A model generated the notes under the pieces. It ran no database searches, was not told the origin of the DNA, and saw only the letters and a list, made by a program, of their open reading frames with translations. The translations under genes and the position numbers were made by a program. A stretch of DNA of 64,000 nt from Bacilli bacterium (GTDB lineage Bacteria > Bacillota_I > Bacilli_A > RF39 > UBA660): the NCBI GenBank assembly GCA_900769695.1, contig CAAGHO010000018.1, positions 52,790 through 116,789 of the forward strand, read 5' to 3'. This document shows, piece by piece, positions 19,168-29,599 of the stretch. Positions within the stretch are counted from its first letter, which is position 1. Every line of letters begins with the position of its first letter.

Positions 19168-19260
19168 AATTTCACCTATTTAATATATATGTTTTATTTT
19201 AGACTAAAATTAAAAGGTAATAACTTTATAAATCTTGTTATTACCTAATTAGCTTTATAT

Positions 19261-20067
19261 TTATTTTGTTTTACCATCTAAACCTAATGAAGATATATAT
19301 GGATTGCTATCCCAAGGTGAATATACTCCAGCTAGATCAAATTTATTTTCTTCTTTTTGATAAGTATAATTATCTAAAATACAGTCTTTAAAATCTTCCC
19401 ACTTAACATATGTATCTTTGCTTGCTACCCTTACACTATCATCTTTTCCATCAAATGTTGCTCTATGTAAATAATCAAGTGGATAACCATATTCATCTAC
19501 AAGTAATAAATTAGAAGTATAATTTACTAGTTCTTCTTCTACTCTAGCATAACATTCTATAGTTCTCTTATCTAAAGGGGACATTCTATTGAAAGTACTA
19601 CTTAACTCTTTTAATTTCGCTAATTCAAAATTTATAACCTTCCCATCAGAATAAGAAACCCCTTCTTGTAATCTTTTAACAGTTCTAAGTTTTGAAACTA
19701 TTTCTTGATATGAATTATAGTATGTTTTTTTACCAGATAATTTTGCCTTAGTATAATTAATATAAGCATATTTTTCGCCTGAAATGGCAGGTATATCTCT
19801 AGTTTTTAAAACACCATCAATACTATCAGTTAAAACTTTTAGAATAAAAATTGCAGGAACAACTTCTTCTGTAGAATTCTCCCAACTTCCTCTTATACTT
19901 TGGGTTTCCATAATAAAACCATATCTAGCATCTATTTTAATTCTAGATTTCAAGAAATCATGATTTGATTCAAAAACAAATTCATTACTATTTATTAAAA
20001 AATCAAATACCTCCATGTATGTTTTAACAGCGACATTATACTTAACCTTTTCCATAATTATCCCCAT
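19261..20067 (-). CDS. Hypothetical cytoplasmic protein (268 aa) in the T7SS-adjacent gene string
   Basis: No TM and no recognisable motifs; same strand and spacing as the flanking amidase and holin-like genes. Confidence 0.45.
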   Translation of the reverse strand: MGIIMEKVKYNVAVKTYMEVFDFLINSNEFVFESNHDFLKSRIKIDARYGFIMETQSIRGSWENSTEEVVPAIFILKVLTDSIDGVLKTRDIPAISGEKYAYINYTKAKLSGKKTYYNSYQEIVSKLRTVKRLQEGVSYSDGKVINFELAKLKELSSTFNRMSPLDKRTIECYARVEEELVNYTSNLLLVDEYGYPLDYLHRATFDGKDDSVRVASKDTYVKWEDFKDCILDNYTYQKEENKFDLAGVYSPWDSNPYISSLGLDGKTK

Positions 20068-20218
20068 CTTTTAAATTTAACTAATTATACCATAATATGA
20101 TGAAAAAGTCAATGATCTTGTATCGTCTGTAATCATTATATATATACTCCTTGTGAATGATTAATTAATATAAGTAATTATGGAATTAATTTTATTTCTT
20201 TATGAACCAAAAAAGCTA

Positions 20219-20518
20219 TCAACTAGCTTTATTACTTATTTTCAAATCACTATAAGAACTAATTTTACCCTCTAATGTTTTAAATATAGTATCTGCTCCA
20301 ATAAAAGAAAAGAATCCTACCCAAATACTATAACCTATATCAAAGTCGGTAAAACTCTTACAAAATAAAATACTTATAACCATATTTATTATAAAACTAT
20401 AAAACACTAAAAATTTACTACTTTTAAAACCACTTTTTGTCTTTTGAATAAAAGAACATGAAATTGTACTAATGACTATTGCGACAAATAAAACCTTTTT
20501 AAATAATTCAATAAGCAT
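20219..20518 (-). CDS. Holin-like small 3-TM membrane protein (toxin-secretion/phage-lysis holin family-like)
   Basis: Real start is probably MLIELFKK... (ATG at 20518). The 132-aa ORF-track version runs through the rpsI terminator and into rpsI. C-terminus FIGADTIFKTLEGKISSYSDLK resembles the holin_4 motif D..TG....g..S. Confidence 0.4.
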   Translation of the reverse strand: MLIELFKKVLFVAIVISTISCSFIQKTKSGFKSSKFLVFYSFIINMVISILFCKSFTDFDIGYSIWVGFFSFIGADTIFKTLEGKISSYSDLKISNKAS

Positions 20519-20547
20519 AATATCACCTAATTTATTATATGTTATCA

Positions 20548-20577
20548 AACAAAAAAAGACATATATAAATATGTCTT
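20548..20577 (-). terminator. rho-independent terminator downstream of rpsI
   Basis: Minus-strand agacata-tttata-tatgtct hairpin followed by a U7 run (plus strand a-run 20551..20557), 15 nt after the rpsI stop. Confidence 0.65.
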
Positions 20578-20591
20578 CGAAACTTTGTAGA

Positions 20592-21017
20592 TTAACGTTT
20601 TGAGAATTGTGGTGCACGACGTGCTTTCTTTAAACCTGGTTTTTTACGTTCTTTCTTACGAGCGTCTCTAGTAATAAATCCAGCAACCTTTAATGTTTTA
20701 CGGAAACTATTTTCAGAGTCAGCTGGTGTTGTTTTGTCATAATCAAGTAATGCACGAGAAATTCCTAAACGGCTTGCTCCTGCTTGTCCTGAAAGACCTC
20801 CACCTTTAACTACGATAGTAACATCAAACATTTCTCTTGTATTTGTGATATCTAATGGTTGACATAAATCAAGAACTAATAATTTATTAGGAAAATATTC
20901 ATTTACATCATGTCCATTAATAGTAATTTTACCTGTTCCTGAAGTTAGGCTAACACGTGCAACACTTGTCTTTCTACGTCCAGTACCAGTATAAACATTT
21001 TTCTTATCTTTTGCCAT
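20592..21017 (-). CDS. rpsI: 30S ribosomal protein S9
   Basis: [14 protein letters not shown] ... [10 protein letters not shown] ... RRAPQFSKR. Confidence 0.95.
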   Translation of the reverse strand: MAKDKKNVYTGTGRRKTSVARVSLTSGTGKITINGHDVNEYFPNKLLVLDLCQPLDITNTREMFDVTIVVKGGGLSGQAGASRLGISRALLDYDKTTPADSENSFRKTLKVAGFITRDARKKERKKPGLKKARRAPQFSKR

Positions 21018-21029
21018 ACTTTAAACCTC

Positions 21030-21461
21030 CTACTTAACCTCAAGCACTTCTGGCTTTTGAGCTTCGTGCTTATGTTCTGATCCAGTATATACATGTAATT
21101 TCTTATACATTTGACGTCCTAATCTGTTATGTGGTAACATTCCCTTTACGGCTCTTTCTACCATCTCTTCTGGATATCTTTCTCTCATTTCTTTAGCTGT
21201 TCTTTCTCTTAATCCTCCTAAATACATAGAATGATTATAATACATCTTGTTATTTTCCTTATTACCTGTTAATAATACTTTTTCAGCATTGATAATAATA
21301 ATATTATCTCCACAATCAATATGTGGTGTATATGTAGGTTTGTTTTTACCACGTAAATATACTGCAGCTAAACTTGCTACTCTACCTAGAGGTTTACCCT
21401 CAGCATCAATAACATACCACTTACGTTCTACTGTTTCTTTTTTTTGCATATAACTTTTCAT
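21030..21461 (-). CDS. rplM: 50S ribosomal protein L13
   Basis: [40 protein letters not shown]. Confidence 0.95.
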   Translation of the reverse strand: MKSYMQKKETVERKWYVIDAEGKPLGRVASLAAVYLRGKNKPTYTPHIDCGDNIIIINAEKVLLTGNKENNKMYYNHSMYLGGLRERTAKEMRERYPEEMVERAVKGMLPHNRLGRQMYKKLHVYTGSEHKHEAQKPEVLEVK

Positions 21462-21579
21462 AATTTTTTTCTCCTTTTACTTAAATCGAGTTTTCCCAGG
21501 ACTCAATTTATGTGGGGATATTTGAATGTACCAGTTATCATTATACTAAAAAAACTATTAAATTGCAATAGTTTTATAA

Positions 21580-22329
21580 CTAAAATTCAATATTATTATA
21601 TTTAACATCAACTAAATATAGACCATTAGCTGGTGCTGTTTTTGATAAAGAACCTCTTTCCTTACTCAATAATATTTTTTCCACATCTTCTGTGGATATT
21701 TTTCCTTCTCCAACTTTAATTAAAATACCTACCATATTTCTTACTTGATAACGTAAAAAACCAGTTCCTTTAAAAGTGAAAACAATTTTTTTATCAGGTA
21801 AAATATCAATATTAGCAGTCGTAATGGTTCTTACACAATTTTCTTTCTCTTTATTATCAGTAACAAAGGCTCTAAAATCGTGTTCCCCTAAAAATACCTT
21901 TATAGCATCCTTCATTCTTTCTACATCAAGACTATAATTATATTGAAAAACATAATTTCTTTCGATTGGATTATATTCACCCATATTCAAATAATATTTA
22001 TATTCTTTAGAAGAAACATTGTATCTAGCATGAAATTCATCTGATACTTCTAATACATCAATAACATGAATATCATCGGGCAAATTACTATTTAAAGCTC
22101 TTTTTAATTTTTTAGGAGTTATATCAATATCTAAATCAACATGAGCATATTGTCTTAAAGCATGAACATGTTTATCTGTCCTTCCTGATGAATGAACACT
22201 TCTTTTAATACTATTATTAACTTTATATACTGCATCTTCTAAACACTGTTGAATTGTATTTAATCCTGGTTGTATCTGATAACCAGAATAATTAGAACCA
22301 TCATATGAAAAACATATTAAAAATCTCAT
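21580..22329 (-). CDS. truA: tRNA pseudouridine(38-40) synthase
   Basis: SYDGSNYSGYQIQ, GRTDKHVHAL; conserved position upstream of rplM. Confidence 0.9.
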   Translation of the reverse strand: MRFLICFSYDGSNYSGYQIQPGLNTIQQCLEDAVYKVNNSIKRSVHSSGRTDKHVHALRQYAHVDLDIDITPKKLKRALNSNLPDDIHVIDVLEVSDEFHARYNVSSKEYKYYLNMGEYNPIERNYVFQYNYSLDVERMKDAIKVFLGEHDFRAFVTDNKEKENCVRTITTANIDILPDKKIVFTFKGTGFLRYQVRNMVGILIKVGEGKISTEDVEKILLSKERGSLSKTAPANGLYLVDVKYNNIEF

Positions 22330-22337
22330 TTTATCAC

Positions 22338-23102
22338 CTAAACTTTTTTATATATATCTTTTATTAAATCTCTAACATCCTTAAAGTATCCCAATCTTAC
22401 TTTTTTCTTTTCATTTACTAGATAAGAAAATTCTACCGTTTTTGGTATTTCTACACCATTAGTTAATAAATAGTTCATGTTATTACTAAATATATCTTTA
22501 GTATCGCCTTCTATTAAAACTTCACTGTTTTTTATAATAAAAGTATATTTAGATAAAGAATAAATAATATCAGAACTATTTTCATAAATAACAACAATCT
22601 TATTATATTGTTCTGTTAATTGTGTTAAAAGTCTCATCATCTTCTTAGTATTTTTCAAATCAAATGATTTAAAAAAGTTATCTAAAATAATCATATCAGG
22701 ATTAGAAAGCAATCCTATCGCAAAACTTATCCATTGTTTCTCAGTTTTAGATAAAGAATTTATTTTCTTATCTAAATAACTTTCTTGATAACCAATAATT
22801 TTTAAAGAGTCATAAATTTTTTTCTTGTAGTTTTTCAAATCTAACATATCTGTAAAAATAATATATTTCATATATTGATACACAGTTAAATCTAAAGTAT
22901 CATTTAAATAATTGTTTATAATACTTATTTTCTTTTTAAAGCTACCAAGTTCTTTTATTAATACTTTCTTTTTATCAACAACAATATTATTCTTTGTAAA
23001 ACCTACTTTTTCTAAATAATTGATAAAATATCGATTCTTATCTATAAGTCCAATTATTTGATTACTTTTTAATTTAAATTTACTTTCAAAAGTTATTTCC
23101 AT
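22338..23102 (-). CDS. Degenerate ABC-ATPase-like protein (EcfA2 position; Walker A lost, Walker B without catalytic Glu)
   Basis: Syntenic with ecfA2 (rplQ-ecfA-ecfA-[ecfT]-truA). Signature-like LSKTEKQWISFAIGLLSNPDMIILDNF is present but there is no GxxGxGK[ST]; the start overlaps the upstream gene by 10 nt. Confidence 0.5.
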   Translation of the reverse strand: MEITFESKFKLKSNQIIGLIDKNRYFINYLEKVGFTKNNIVVDKKKVLIKELGSFKKKISIINNYLNDTLDLTVYQYMKYIIFTDMLDLKNYKKKIYDSLKIIGYQESYLDKKINSLSKTEKQWISFAIGLLSNPDMIILDNFFKSFDLKNTKKMMRLLTQLTEQYNKIVVIYENSSDIIYSLSKYTFIIKNSEVLIEGDTKDIFSNNMNYLLTNGVEIPKTVEFSYLVNEKKKVRLGYFKDVRDLIKDIYKKV

Positions 23103-23881
23103 AATTTATCAACCATCCTATTCATATCAAGTTCAACATCATCTATTAAATCATAGTATTTTAATTTAAGTGATAAATCAACCATAAATGGTATGTTTAA
23201 ACCTATTTTATTTAGAAGGCTATCTTCTTTCAATACTTCCATAGTAGTATCTGATAAAATAAAACTAGATTTACTTAAGACATGAATATAATCACAACTA
23301 AGAGCCAAATTAAGACTACTTGAACTTATAATAACAGTCATTCCACCTATTTTTTTCAAAGTATTAATAATTTCTAATCCTTCTTTTTCTTCTAGATTGT
23401 CTAATACATTATCTAAAAAGAGAATTTTGGGTGAAGATATAGTTGCAAGTAAAACTAAAATTTTGATTTTTGTATAATAGTCTAATCTATTTATATCTTC
23501 ATATAAAAACATTTCCAAGTCAAATAGTTTTACCAAATGTCTATATTTCATCTTTTTTTCAGAAACAGATAAATCAGTTTTATCTAAATAAAAAAGAATT
23601 TCTTGATCTAAATTTAAAAAATGAAAATTAAAATTATTAGTAAAGATTACTTGTGAAAAAGTAGTCGCTAACTCCTTAGATTTTAACTTACTTATATCTT
23701 TTTTTTGATAAAAAACAGACTTTTCAGTATCAATTAAACCACTTAATATTTTGATAAATGTCGTTTTACCACAATTATTAGAACCTGTAATTAAGTTTAT
23801 GGTATTTTCATAAATAGTTAGGTTTAAGTCTTTAAACAAGGCTTTATAATTTAAATTTTTTACTTGTAGTACTTCATTCAT
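23093..23881 (-). CDS. ABC-ATPase-like protein (EcfA1 position) with Walker A but non-canonical signature and Walker B (D-N instead of D-E)
   Basis: ITGSNNCGKTTFIKILSGL (P-loop); LSVSEKKM in place of LSGGQ; ILFLDNVLDNL in place of hhhhDEPT. Confidence 0.6.
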   Translation of the reverse strand: MNEVLQVKNLNYKALFKDLNLTIYENTINLITGSNNCGKTTFIKILSGLIDTEKSVFYQKKDISKLKSKELATTFSQVIFTNNFNFHFLNLDQEILFYLDKTDLSVSEKKMKYRHLVKLFDLEMFLYEDINRLDYYTKIKILVLLATISSPKILFLDNVLDNLEEKEGLEIINTLKKIGGMTVIISSSSLNLALSCDYIHVLSKSSFILSDTTMEVLKEDSLLNKIGLNIPFMVDLSLKLKYYDLIDDVELDMNRMVDKLWK

Positions 23882-23900
23882 GTAGTATCATTCCTATTCC

Positions 23901-24659
23901 TTATTTCTTTTTTCTTTGTATTTTATAGGTTATTTTTAATAAAAATTTTTCTGATACAAATCTACTGAAAAATTTTGCTAATTTCATTTTCTTACCTGGA
24001 ATAATAAGCATTTTATGTTTATCTAACATTTCATCAATTGCATATCTTGAAACAAACTTTGCAGATAGTGGTTTAACTCCAAACTTTACTCCTGCTACAT
24101 TATTAAAATTAGTATCAACTGGTCCAGGACATAAAACTGAAACAACTACTTTACTTTTTTCTTTTTTTAGTTCATAATTAATTGCTTTAGTTAAACTTGA
24201 AACATATGATTTAGTAGCATAATATGTACTCATTAATGGTCCACCTGGCATAAAAGATGCTGATGAAGAAACATTAAGAATATAACCACTATTTCTTAAT
24301 TTCATTGTTTTTAAAATATATTTAGTTAAGATATGAACAGCTTTTATATTAGTATCAATCATCTCTAAATCTCTGTTTAATTCTGTTTCTGTAAAATTAC
24401 CAAATGAACCAAATCCAGCGTTATTTATTAAAATATCTATAGATTCATTCTTAAGAAGTGCACATAGTTCTTTAACCTTTTGTTCATTACTTAAATCCAT
24501 TACAATTATGGTTGTTTTTGTGGGTAAAGTCTTTTGAATAGTTTCTAACTTTTCTCTATCTCTTGCAACTAAAATAACCTCTATTTTCTTACTAGCTAAA
24601 TATTTAGCACATTCAAGTCCAATTCCACTACTTGCTCCTGTAATTAAGGCCTTCATCAT
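23901..24659 (-). CDS. Short-chain dehydrogenase/reductase (SDR) family oxidoreductase
   Basis: KALITGASSGIGLECAK (TGxxxGIG), NNAG, YxxxK (YYATKSY). Confidence 0.8.
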   Translation of the reverse strand: MMKALITGASSGIGLECAKYLASKKIEVILVARDREKLETIQKTLPTKTTIIVMDLSNEQKVKELCALLKNESIDILINNAGFGSFGNFTETELNRDLEMIDTNIKAVHILTKYILKTMKLRNSGYILNVSSSASFMPGGPLMSTYYATKSYVSSLTKAINYELKKEKSKVVVSVLCPGPVDTNFNNVAGVKFGVKPLSAKFVSRYAIDEMLDKHKMLIIPGKKMKLAKFFSRFVSEKFLLKITYKIQRKKK

Positions 24660-24718
24660 TAATCACCTCTTTTTCTTTATTATATCAAAAAAAGCGCTAA
24701 CAAAAAAGTAGTTTATAA

Positions 24719-26047
24719 CTACTTTTTAATACCAACACTATCAAGTATAAAATGTGTATTAACAGCTAATGCACTAGTTCTATATTCATTAGCTATCTTT
24801 TCATTTAAAGAACTATTCTTTAGTGGTGACATTTTATGTTCCATCATAAATGAAATTGGTTCAAGAGGCATTTCGAAAGTTTTGCTTTTATGATCATAAA
24901 AACAATAATAACTATTATCTTCCTCTGGATCCTTAATCGCAAACATTAAATAATAATTATTCGTACCATCATCCTTTTCTTGAACAACAGTATGCCTGTG
25001 TATACATTCTCTTTCCATTGAAGATTTAAAAAACATTTTACTTAGTTCATCCATGAAATTTTTATTTTCAATATAACCAGTCAAATCAGTCGTATATTTA
25101 GGAATACATTTCATAAGATAATTAAATTTATACAATAAAATATCTCTTTTCATTGCTTTTAAATTTGTAACATCCATACTTCCAACAAAATCAGCCCCAT
25201 AACGAGTTTTATTTATTTCAGAATTTGTATTTTTTAAAGAATTATAAGCACCACTATGAATAGCTTTTTTCATTTTTTGACTGATTATTTTCTTTTGGAA
25301 TGTTTCTTCGATAATTGGTTTATTTTTTTCATAATTTATATCTATTTTTCCAATCTCAGTCATTTTCTCTTCAATGCTTAACTTGTTATCATCAATTAAA
25401 TCTAATAGTTTTAGATAATATTCTTGATAATAATTGCTAGTTCTAACAATAAATGTACCTAAACCAGATTGCATTTCTTCACTAAGTTTTTCAAATAATT
25501 CATCAGTATAACAATCATTTTTTAAATAACCAATTGATTTATCTATTTGTCTTAAATATTCATCACTCATACTATCAAATTTTTCATCTTGATAAAATTT
25601 ATAATCTTCGGTATGACAAAAACTTTTTGTAGATGAGTTCATTTGAACTCTATAAAAATCGGGAATAGGATTAATTAAGTATTTTTTACCTTCATTTTCA
25701 TATACTAATGCCCAGTGATTAAAATTAATATTTTCTATATCATCACACTCTATCGGACGACACTTTAAATCAAGTTTTTTAGCTAAATTGCAAAATAGAA
25801 AAACAACACTTTTACAAACAACTTCTCTATTCTTAATTATTTTATAATTATCATAAATTTCCTTTTGTTTTTCTGGATCTCTTTCATAAAAGAAAACAGG
25901 ACTTTTAGATAATAGTTTTCCAACTTCAATATAAAGTTTTCTTAATTTTTCATCGTTAGAATATGATGCATAATTATTTAGGATATTATCTACGATATCA
26001 TCACATTCTTGATATAAGTCTTTATCATTACTTTCCATTCTTTCCAC
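24719..26047 (-). CDS. Transglutaminase-like (papain-fold Cys-His-Asp) domain protein
   Basis: VVCKSVVFLFCNLAKKLDLKCRPIE..NHWALVYENEGKKYLINPIPD matches the transglutaminase-like core Cys...His...Asp spacing (G.C...a.l...l.r.lGIpaR.v.G....HaW.ev....w...Dp). Confidence 0.45.
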   Translation of the reverse strand: MERMESNDKDLYQECDDIVDNILNNYASYSNDEKLRKLYIEVGKLLSKSPVFFYERDPEKQKEIYDNYKIIKNREVVCKSVVFLFCNLAKKLDLKCRPIECDDIENINFNHWALVYENEGKKYLINPIPDFYRVQMNSSTKSFCHTEDYKFYQDEKFDSMSDEYLRQIDKSIGYLKNDCYTDELFEKLSEEMQSGLGTFIVRTSNYYQEYYLKLLDLIDDNKLSIEEKMTEIGKIDINYEKNKPIIEETFQKKIISQKMKKAIHSGAYNSLKNTNSEINKTRYGADFVGSMDVTNLKAMKRDILLYKFNYLMKCIPKYTTDLTGYIENKNFMDELSKMFFKSSMERECIHRHTVVQEKDDGTNNYYLMFAIKDPEEDNSYYCFYDHKSKTFEMPLEPISFMMEHKMSPLKNSSLNEKIANEYRTSALAVNTHFILDSVGIKK

Positions 26048-26270
26048 CTACACTTGCATCTTTTTTTGAAAGGATTTTTACATCTATGTCATTTTGTTCA
26101 ATATAGTCAAAAATATCATTTATTGGTTCAAGCTCGTTTATACAAAAACTGCCATCATCATTTTTTCTAGTTCCATAGAAACTATAACTACCATTTTCTT
26201 TTTTCTTTGCAAAAATAGCATTACCAGTTTTTTCATCGATATAAATACTGTTTTCTGACATTGTAATCAC
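26028..26270 (-). CDS. Hypothetical small protein (80 aa), translationally coupled to the transglutaminase-like gene
   Basis: 20-nt overlap with the downstream ORF; no recognisable motif. Confidence 0.4.
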   Translation of the reverse strand: MITMSENSIYIDEKTGNAIFAKKKENGSYSFYGTRKNDDGSFCINELEPINDIFDYIEQNDIDVKILSKKDASVGGKNGK

Positions 26271-26336
26271 TCTCCTATATCTAATTTAAGTATATCAAAA
26301 AAATGGAAGAAAAACAAAAAAAGACAGAAATCTGTC

Positions 26337-26699
26337 TTATTTTGCTTGTGAATCACCATCCATTAATTTTAACATAACGATTAATGATCCATCTCCACGT
26401 CTTTCATCTAATTTTAAGATTTGTGTATAACCACCATTACGATTTTGATAACGTGGTGCTAATTCATTGAATATTTTATCAACAACTTTCTTATCATTAT
26501 GTAAGAAAGCTAATGCTTTACGGCGAGAAACTAGATCACCTTTTTTACCATAAGTAATCATTTTATCAACAAACTTACGAACTTCTTTAGCTCTTGTTTC
26601 AGTAGTGTTAATTGATTCATTAACGATTACTTGCTTAGTTAATGTAGCAAGCATACTTCTTCTATGTTTGTTGTCTCTACCTAATTTTCTATATGCCAT
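26337..26699 (-). CDS. rplQ: 50S ribosomal protein L17
   Basis: [18 protein letters not shown]... Confidence 0.95.
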   Translation of the reverse strand: MAYRKLGRDNKHRRSMLATLTKQVIVNESINTTETRAKEVRKFVDKMITYGKKGDLVSRRKALAFLHNDKKVVDKIFNELAPRYQNRNGGYTQILKLDERRGDGSLIVMLKLMDGDSQAK

Positions 26700-26716
26700 A
26701 ATTATTTCCTCCTCTT

Positions 26717-27667
26717 TTAATCATCATCACGTAAAACTAATCCCATATCTCTAATCTTATCAAGAACTTCTTTTAGAGACTTCTTACCTAGATTACGGAT
26801 TTTCATCATATCATTTTCGCTCTTATTAACAAGATCTTGTAAAGTATGAATACCAGCTCTTTTTAAACAGTTATAAGCTCTTACTGAGAAATCTAAATCT
26901 TCAATAGATGTTTCTAAAGCTTTTACTGTTGGATCTTCAGTTTTTTCAATCATCATTCCTGTAGCATCTGCTATTGATGATAAATCTGTAAGTACTTCAA
27001 AGTGTTCAATTAAAATACGAGATGCTAAAGCGATAGCTTCTTCTGGTTTAATAGAACCATTTGTCCATACATTCATAGTTAATTTATCATAACTTTCATC
27101 TTGACCAACACGAGCATTTCCAACTTCATATGATACTCTTTCAATTGGAGAATATAATGAATCTATTGCAATAACTCCTGCTTTCTTTAAGTCATATAAT
27201 CTCTTATTTTCTTCACTCTTAACATATCCACGACCATTTGTAACAGTCATTTCCATACTTAAGTGACCACCATTAGCTAAAGTTGCAATAACTTTATCAG
27301 GATTAATTACTTCGATATCAGCATCATGTTCAATATCCCCAGCAGTAATTACTCCTTCTTTTGAAGCGTTAATTCTAACAACTTTTGCTTCATTAGAATG
27401 ATTCTTTAACACTACACCTTTTAAATTTAAGATAATAGTTGTTACATCTTCATATACTCCTTCAATTGTTTGGAATTCATGAAGAACACCATCTATTTTA
27501 ATACTACTAATAGCACTACCAGGAAGAGATGATAACATAACTCTTCTTAAAGCATTACCTAAAGTAGTACCAAATCCTCTTTCTAATGGTTCAAGTTCAA
27601 ACTTGCCATAAAAATTACTTTCTACTGAATCTGTTATTTTATAAATTGGTTTTTCAAATTGTAACAT
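26717..27667 (-). CDS. rpoA: DNA-directed RNA polymerase subunit alpha
   Basis: MLQFEKP...[22 protein letters not shown]; C-terminal CTD. Confidence 0.95.
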   Translation of the reverse strand: MLQFEKPIYKITDSVESNFYGKFELEPLERGFGTTLGNALRRVMLSSLPGSAISSIKIDGVLHEFQTIEGVYEDVTTIILNLKGVVLKNHSNEAKVVRINASKEGVITAGDIEHDADIEVINPDKVIATLANGGHLSMEMTVTNGRGYVKSEENKRLYDLKKAGVIAIDSLYSPIERVSYEVGNARVGQDESYDKLTMNVWTNGSIKPEEAIALASRILIEHFEVLTDLSSIADATGMMIEKTEDPTVKALETSIEDLDFSVRAYNCLKRAGIHTLQDLVNKSENDMMKIRNLGKKSLKEVLDKIRDMGLVLRDDD

Positions 27668-27688
27668 ATATTACTAACCTCCCTTTAA

Positions 27689-28072
27689 TTAACCACGTGG
27701 TCGTTTTGGTGGACGACATCCATTATGTGGTATTGGTGTAACATCATAGATTGCTGTTACTTCAAGTCCTGCTGTTTGAAGTGAACGAATAGCAGTTTCA
27801 CGTCCTGGACCTAATCCTTTAACATATACTTCAACTTTACGCATACCGATATCATATGCAGCTTTTCCTGCAGCTTCTGCTGCCATACCTGCAGCAAATG
27901 GAGTTGATTTTTTACTACCTTTAAATCCTAGTGCTCCACTTGATGCCCAGCTAATTGCATTACCATCTTTATCTGTAATTGTTGTAATTGTGTTGTTAAA
28001 TGTTGAGTGAATATGTGCAACACCTTCTGGAACATTCTTTTTGACTTTTTTCTTTCTTGTCTTGTAAGCCAT
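27689..28072 (-). CDS. rpsK: 30S ribosomal protein S11
   Basis: [27 protein letters not shown]... Confidence 0.95.
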   Translation of the reverse strand: MAYKTRKKKVKKNVPEGVAHIHSTFNNTITTITDKDGNAISWASSGALGFKGSKKSTPFAAGMAAEAAGKAAYDIGMRKVEVYVKGLGPGRETAIRSLQTAGLEVTAIYDVTPIPHNGCRPPKRPRG

Positions 28073-28112
28073 AATTATAACCTCCTCATTATTTTTATTT
28101 AACTTTTAATTA

Positions 28113-28481
28113 CTATACTTTCTTCTTATTTGCGACAGTCTTACCTTTACCCTTACGAGTTCTAGCATTACGGTTTGTTCTTTGTCCTCTAACAGGTAAT
28201 CCCTTTTTGTGACGAGAACCTTCATATGAATTAATTTCCATCTTAGTCTTAATATTCATATTAACTTCACGACGTAAGTCACCTTCAGTTAAATGTTTAT
28301 TAATTTCATCACGTAATTTGATTAATTCTTCTTGAGTGATATCTCCTGCTTTTTTAGTAGGTTCAACACCTGCATTTTCACAAATTTCTTTTGCTAAACT
28401 TCTTCCAATACCATAAATATAAGTTAACGAAATAACGATATGTTTATCATTTGGAATGTCTACACCTTTAATACGTGCCAT
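28113..28481 (-). CDS. rpsM: 30S ribosomal protein S13
   Basis: [26 protein letters not shown]... Confidence 0.95.
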   Translation of the reverse strand: MARIKGVDIPNDKHIVISLTYIYGIGRSLAKEICENAGVEPTKKAGDITQEELIKLRDEINKHLTEGDLRREVNMNIKTKMEINSYEGSRHKKGLPVRGQRTNRNARTRKGKGKTVANKKKV

Positions 28482-28501
28482 TTATCTACACCTCCTATTA
28501 A

Positions 28502-28618
28502 TTATCCTTGTCTTTGTTTATGCTTTGGATTTTTACTACAAATAATTCTTATTTTTCCTTTACGCTTTACTACTTTACAATTTGCACAAATTGGTTTAAC
28601 TGATGCTTTTACTTTCAT
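28502..28618 (-). CDS. rpmJ: 50S ribosomal protein L36
   Basis: Not in the ORF track (38 aa). Manual translation gives [38 protein letters not shown]; lies between infA and rpsM as expected. Confidence 0.85.
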   Translation of the reverse strand: MKVKASVKPICANCKVVKRKGKIRIICSKNPKHKQRQG

Positions 28619-28632
28619 TCTTATCCCTCCTA

Positions 28633-28848
28633 CTATTTACGATAGGTAATACGCCCACGTGTTAAGTCATATGGTGATAATTCGACCATTACTGTATCCC
28701 CTGCTAAGATACGAATATAGTGCATTCGTATTTTACCAGAAACGTGGGCTTCTATAATGTGTCCGTTCTCTAATTGAACTTTGAATTTACCACCAGGTAT
28801 TATCTCAAGGACTTTACCTTCTACTTCAATTGTATCTTCTTTAGCCAT
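28633..28848 (-). CDS. infA: Translation initiation factor IF-1
   Basis: [15 protein letters not shown]...[38 protein letters not shown]. Confidence 0.95.
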   Translation of the reverse strand: MAKEDTIEVEGKVLEIIPGGKFKVQLENGHIIEAHVSGKIRMHYIRILAGDTVMVELSPYDLTRGRITYRK

Positions 28849-29599
28849 CTTTCCACTCTCCTGTCAAGATTTCATAACCATCACTCGTTACTACCACTGT
28901 ATGTTCAAAGTGTGCAGCAGGATGATGATCTCTAGTTACTATTGTCCAGTCATCATCTAATATTTCTATACTTGGACTCTTTGCAGTTAACATAGGTTCA
29001 ACTGCTATAACCATACCTTCTCTCAATTTTACTCCAGTATGTTTTAACCCATAATTTGGAACGTCAGGATCTTCGTGTAAATCAGTACCTATACCATGAC
29101 CACACAATTCTTTAACAACACCTAAGCCATGTTCTTTGGCAAAGTTTGAAATTGCATAGCCAATATCACCAATTCTGTTGCCAGGTTTTACTTCATTAAG
29201 ACCAATAAATAAAGATTCCTCTGTATATTTCATTAAATGAGCTTTTTCTTCATCGATATTACCAACAGCATAGCTCCAAGCAGAATCACCATGGTAACCT
29301 TTATAACATGCACAAATGTCAAGTGTTACTATGTCACCTTCTTCAAGCTTTCTTTGACTAGCAATACCGTGAACAACTTCATCGTTTACAGAAATACATA
29401 TAGCAGCTGGGAAACCTTCATACCCTTTACATGATGGAGTAGCATCTAAACTTCTAATATACTTATCTGCTAAATCATCAATTTCTTGAGTAGTAATACC
29501 TGGTTTTAAAAATGGTTCTAAATATTTATGAGTTTTGTAAACTATATTACCAGCAATTCTCATTAATTCAATTTCTCTCTTACTTTTTAAAGTAATCAT
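28841..29599 (-). CDS. map: Methionine aminopeptidase type I
   Basis: Pita-bread fold motifs: VHG, D(97)/D(108)-like DIVTLDI, HGIG, EPM. Confidence 0.9.
   Translation of the reverse strand: MITLKSKREIELMRIAGNIVYKTHKYLEPFLKPGITTQEIDDLADKYIRSLDATPSCKGYEGFPAAICISVNDEVVHGIASQRKLEEGDIVTLDICACYKGYHGDSAWSYAVGNIDEEKAHLMKYTEESLFIGLNEVKPGNRIGDIGYAISNFAKEHGLGVVKELCGHGIGTDLHEDPDVPNYGLKHTGVKLREGMVIAVEPMLTAKSPSIEILDDDWTIVTRDHHPAAHFEHTVVVTSDGYEILTGEWKDG

Noticed and set aside
21247-21453. 68-aa + strand ORF
   Set aside because: Antisense to rplM; ribosomal genes are strongly conserved on the minus strand, so this is spurious.
28440-28649. 69-aa + strand ORF
   Set aside because: Antisense to rpsM/rpmJ/infA; spurious.
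29237-29434. 65-aa + strand ORF
   Set aside because: Inside map on the opposite strand; spurious.
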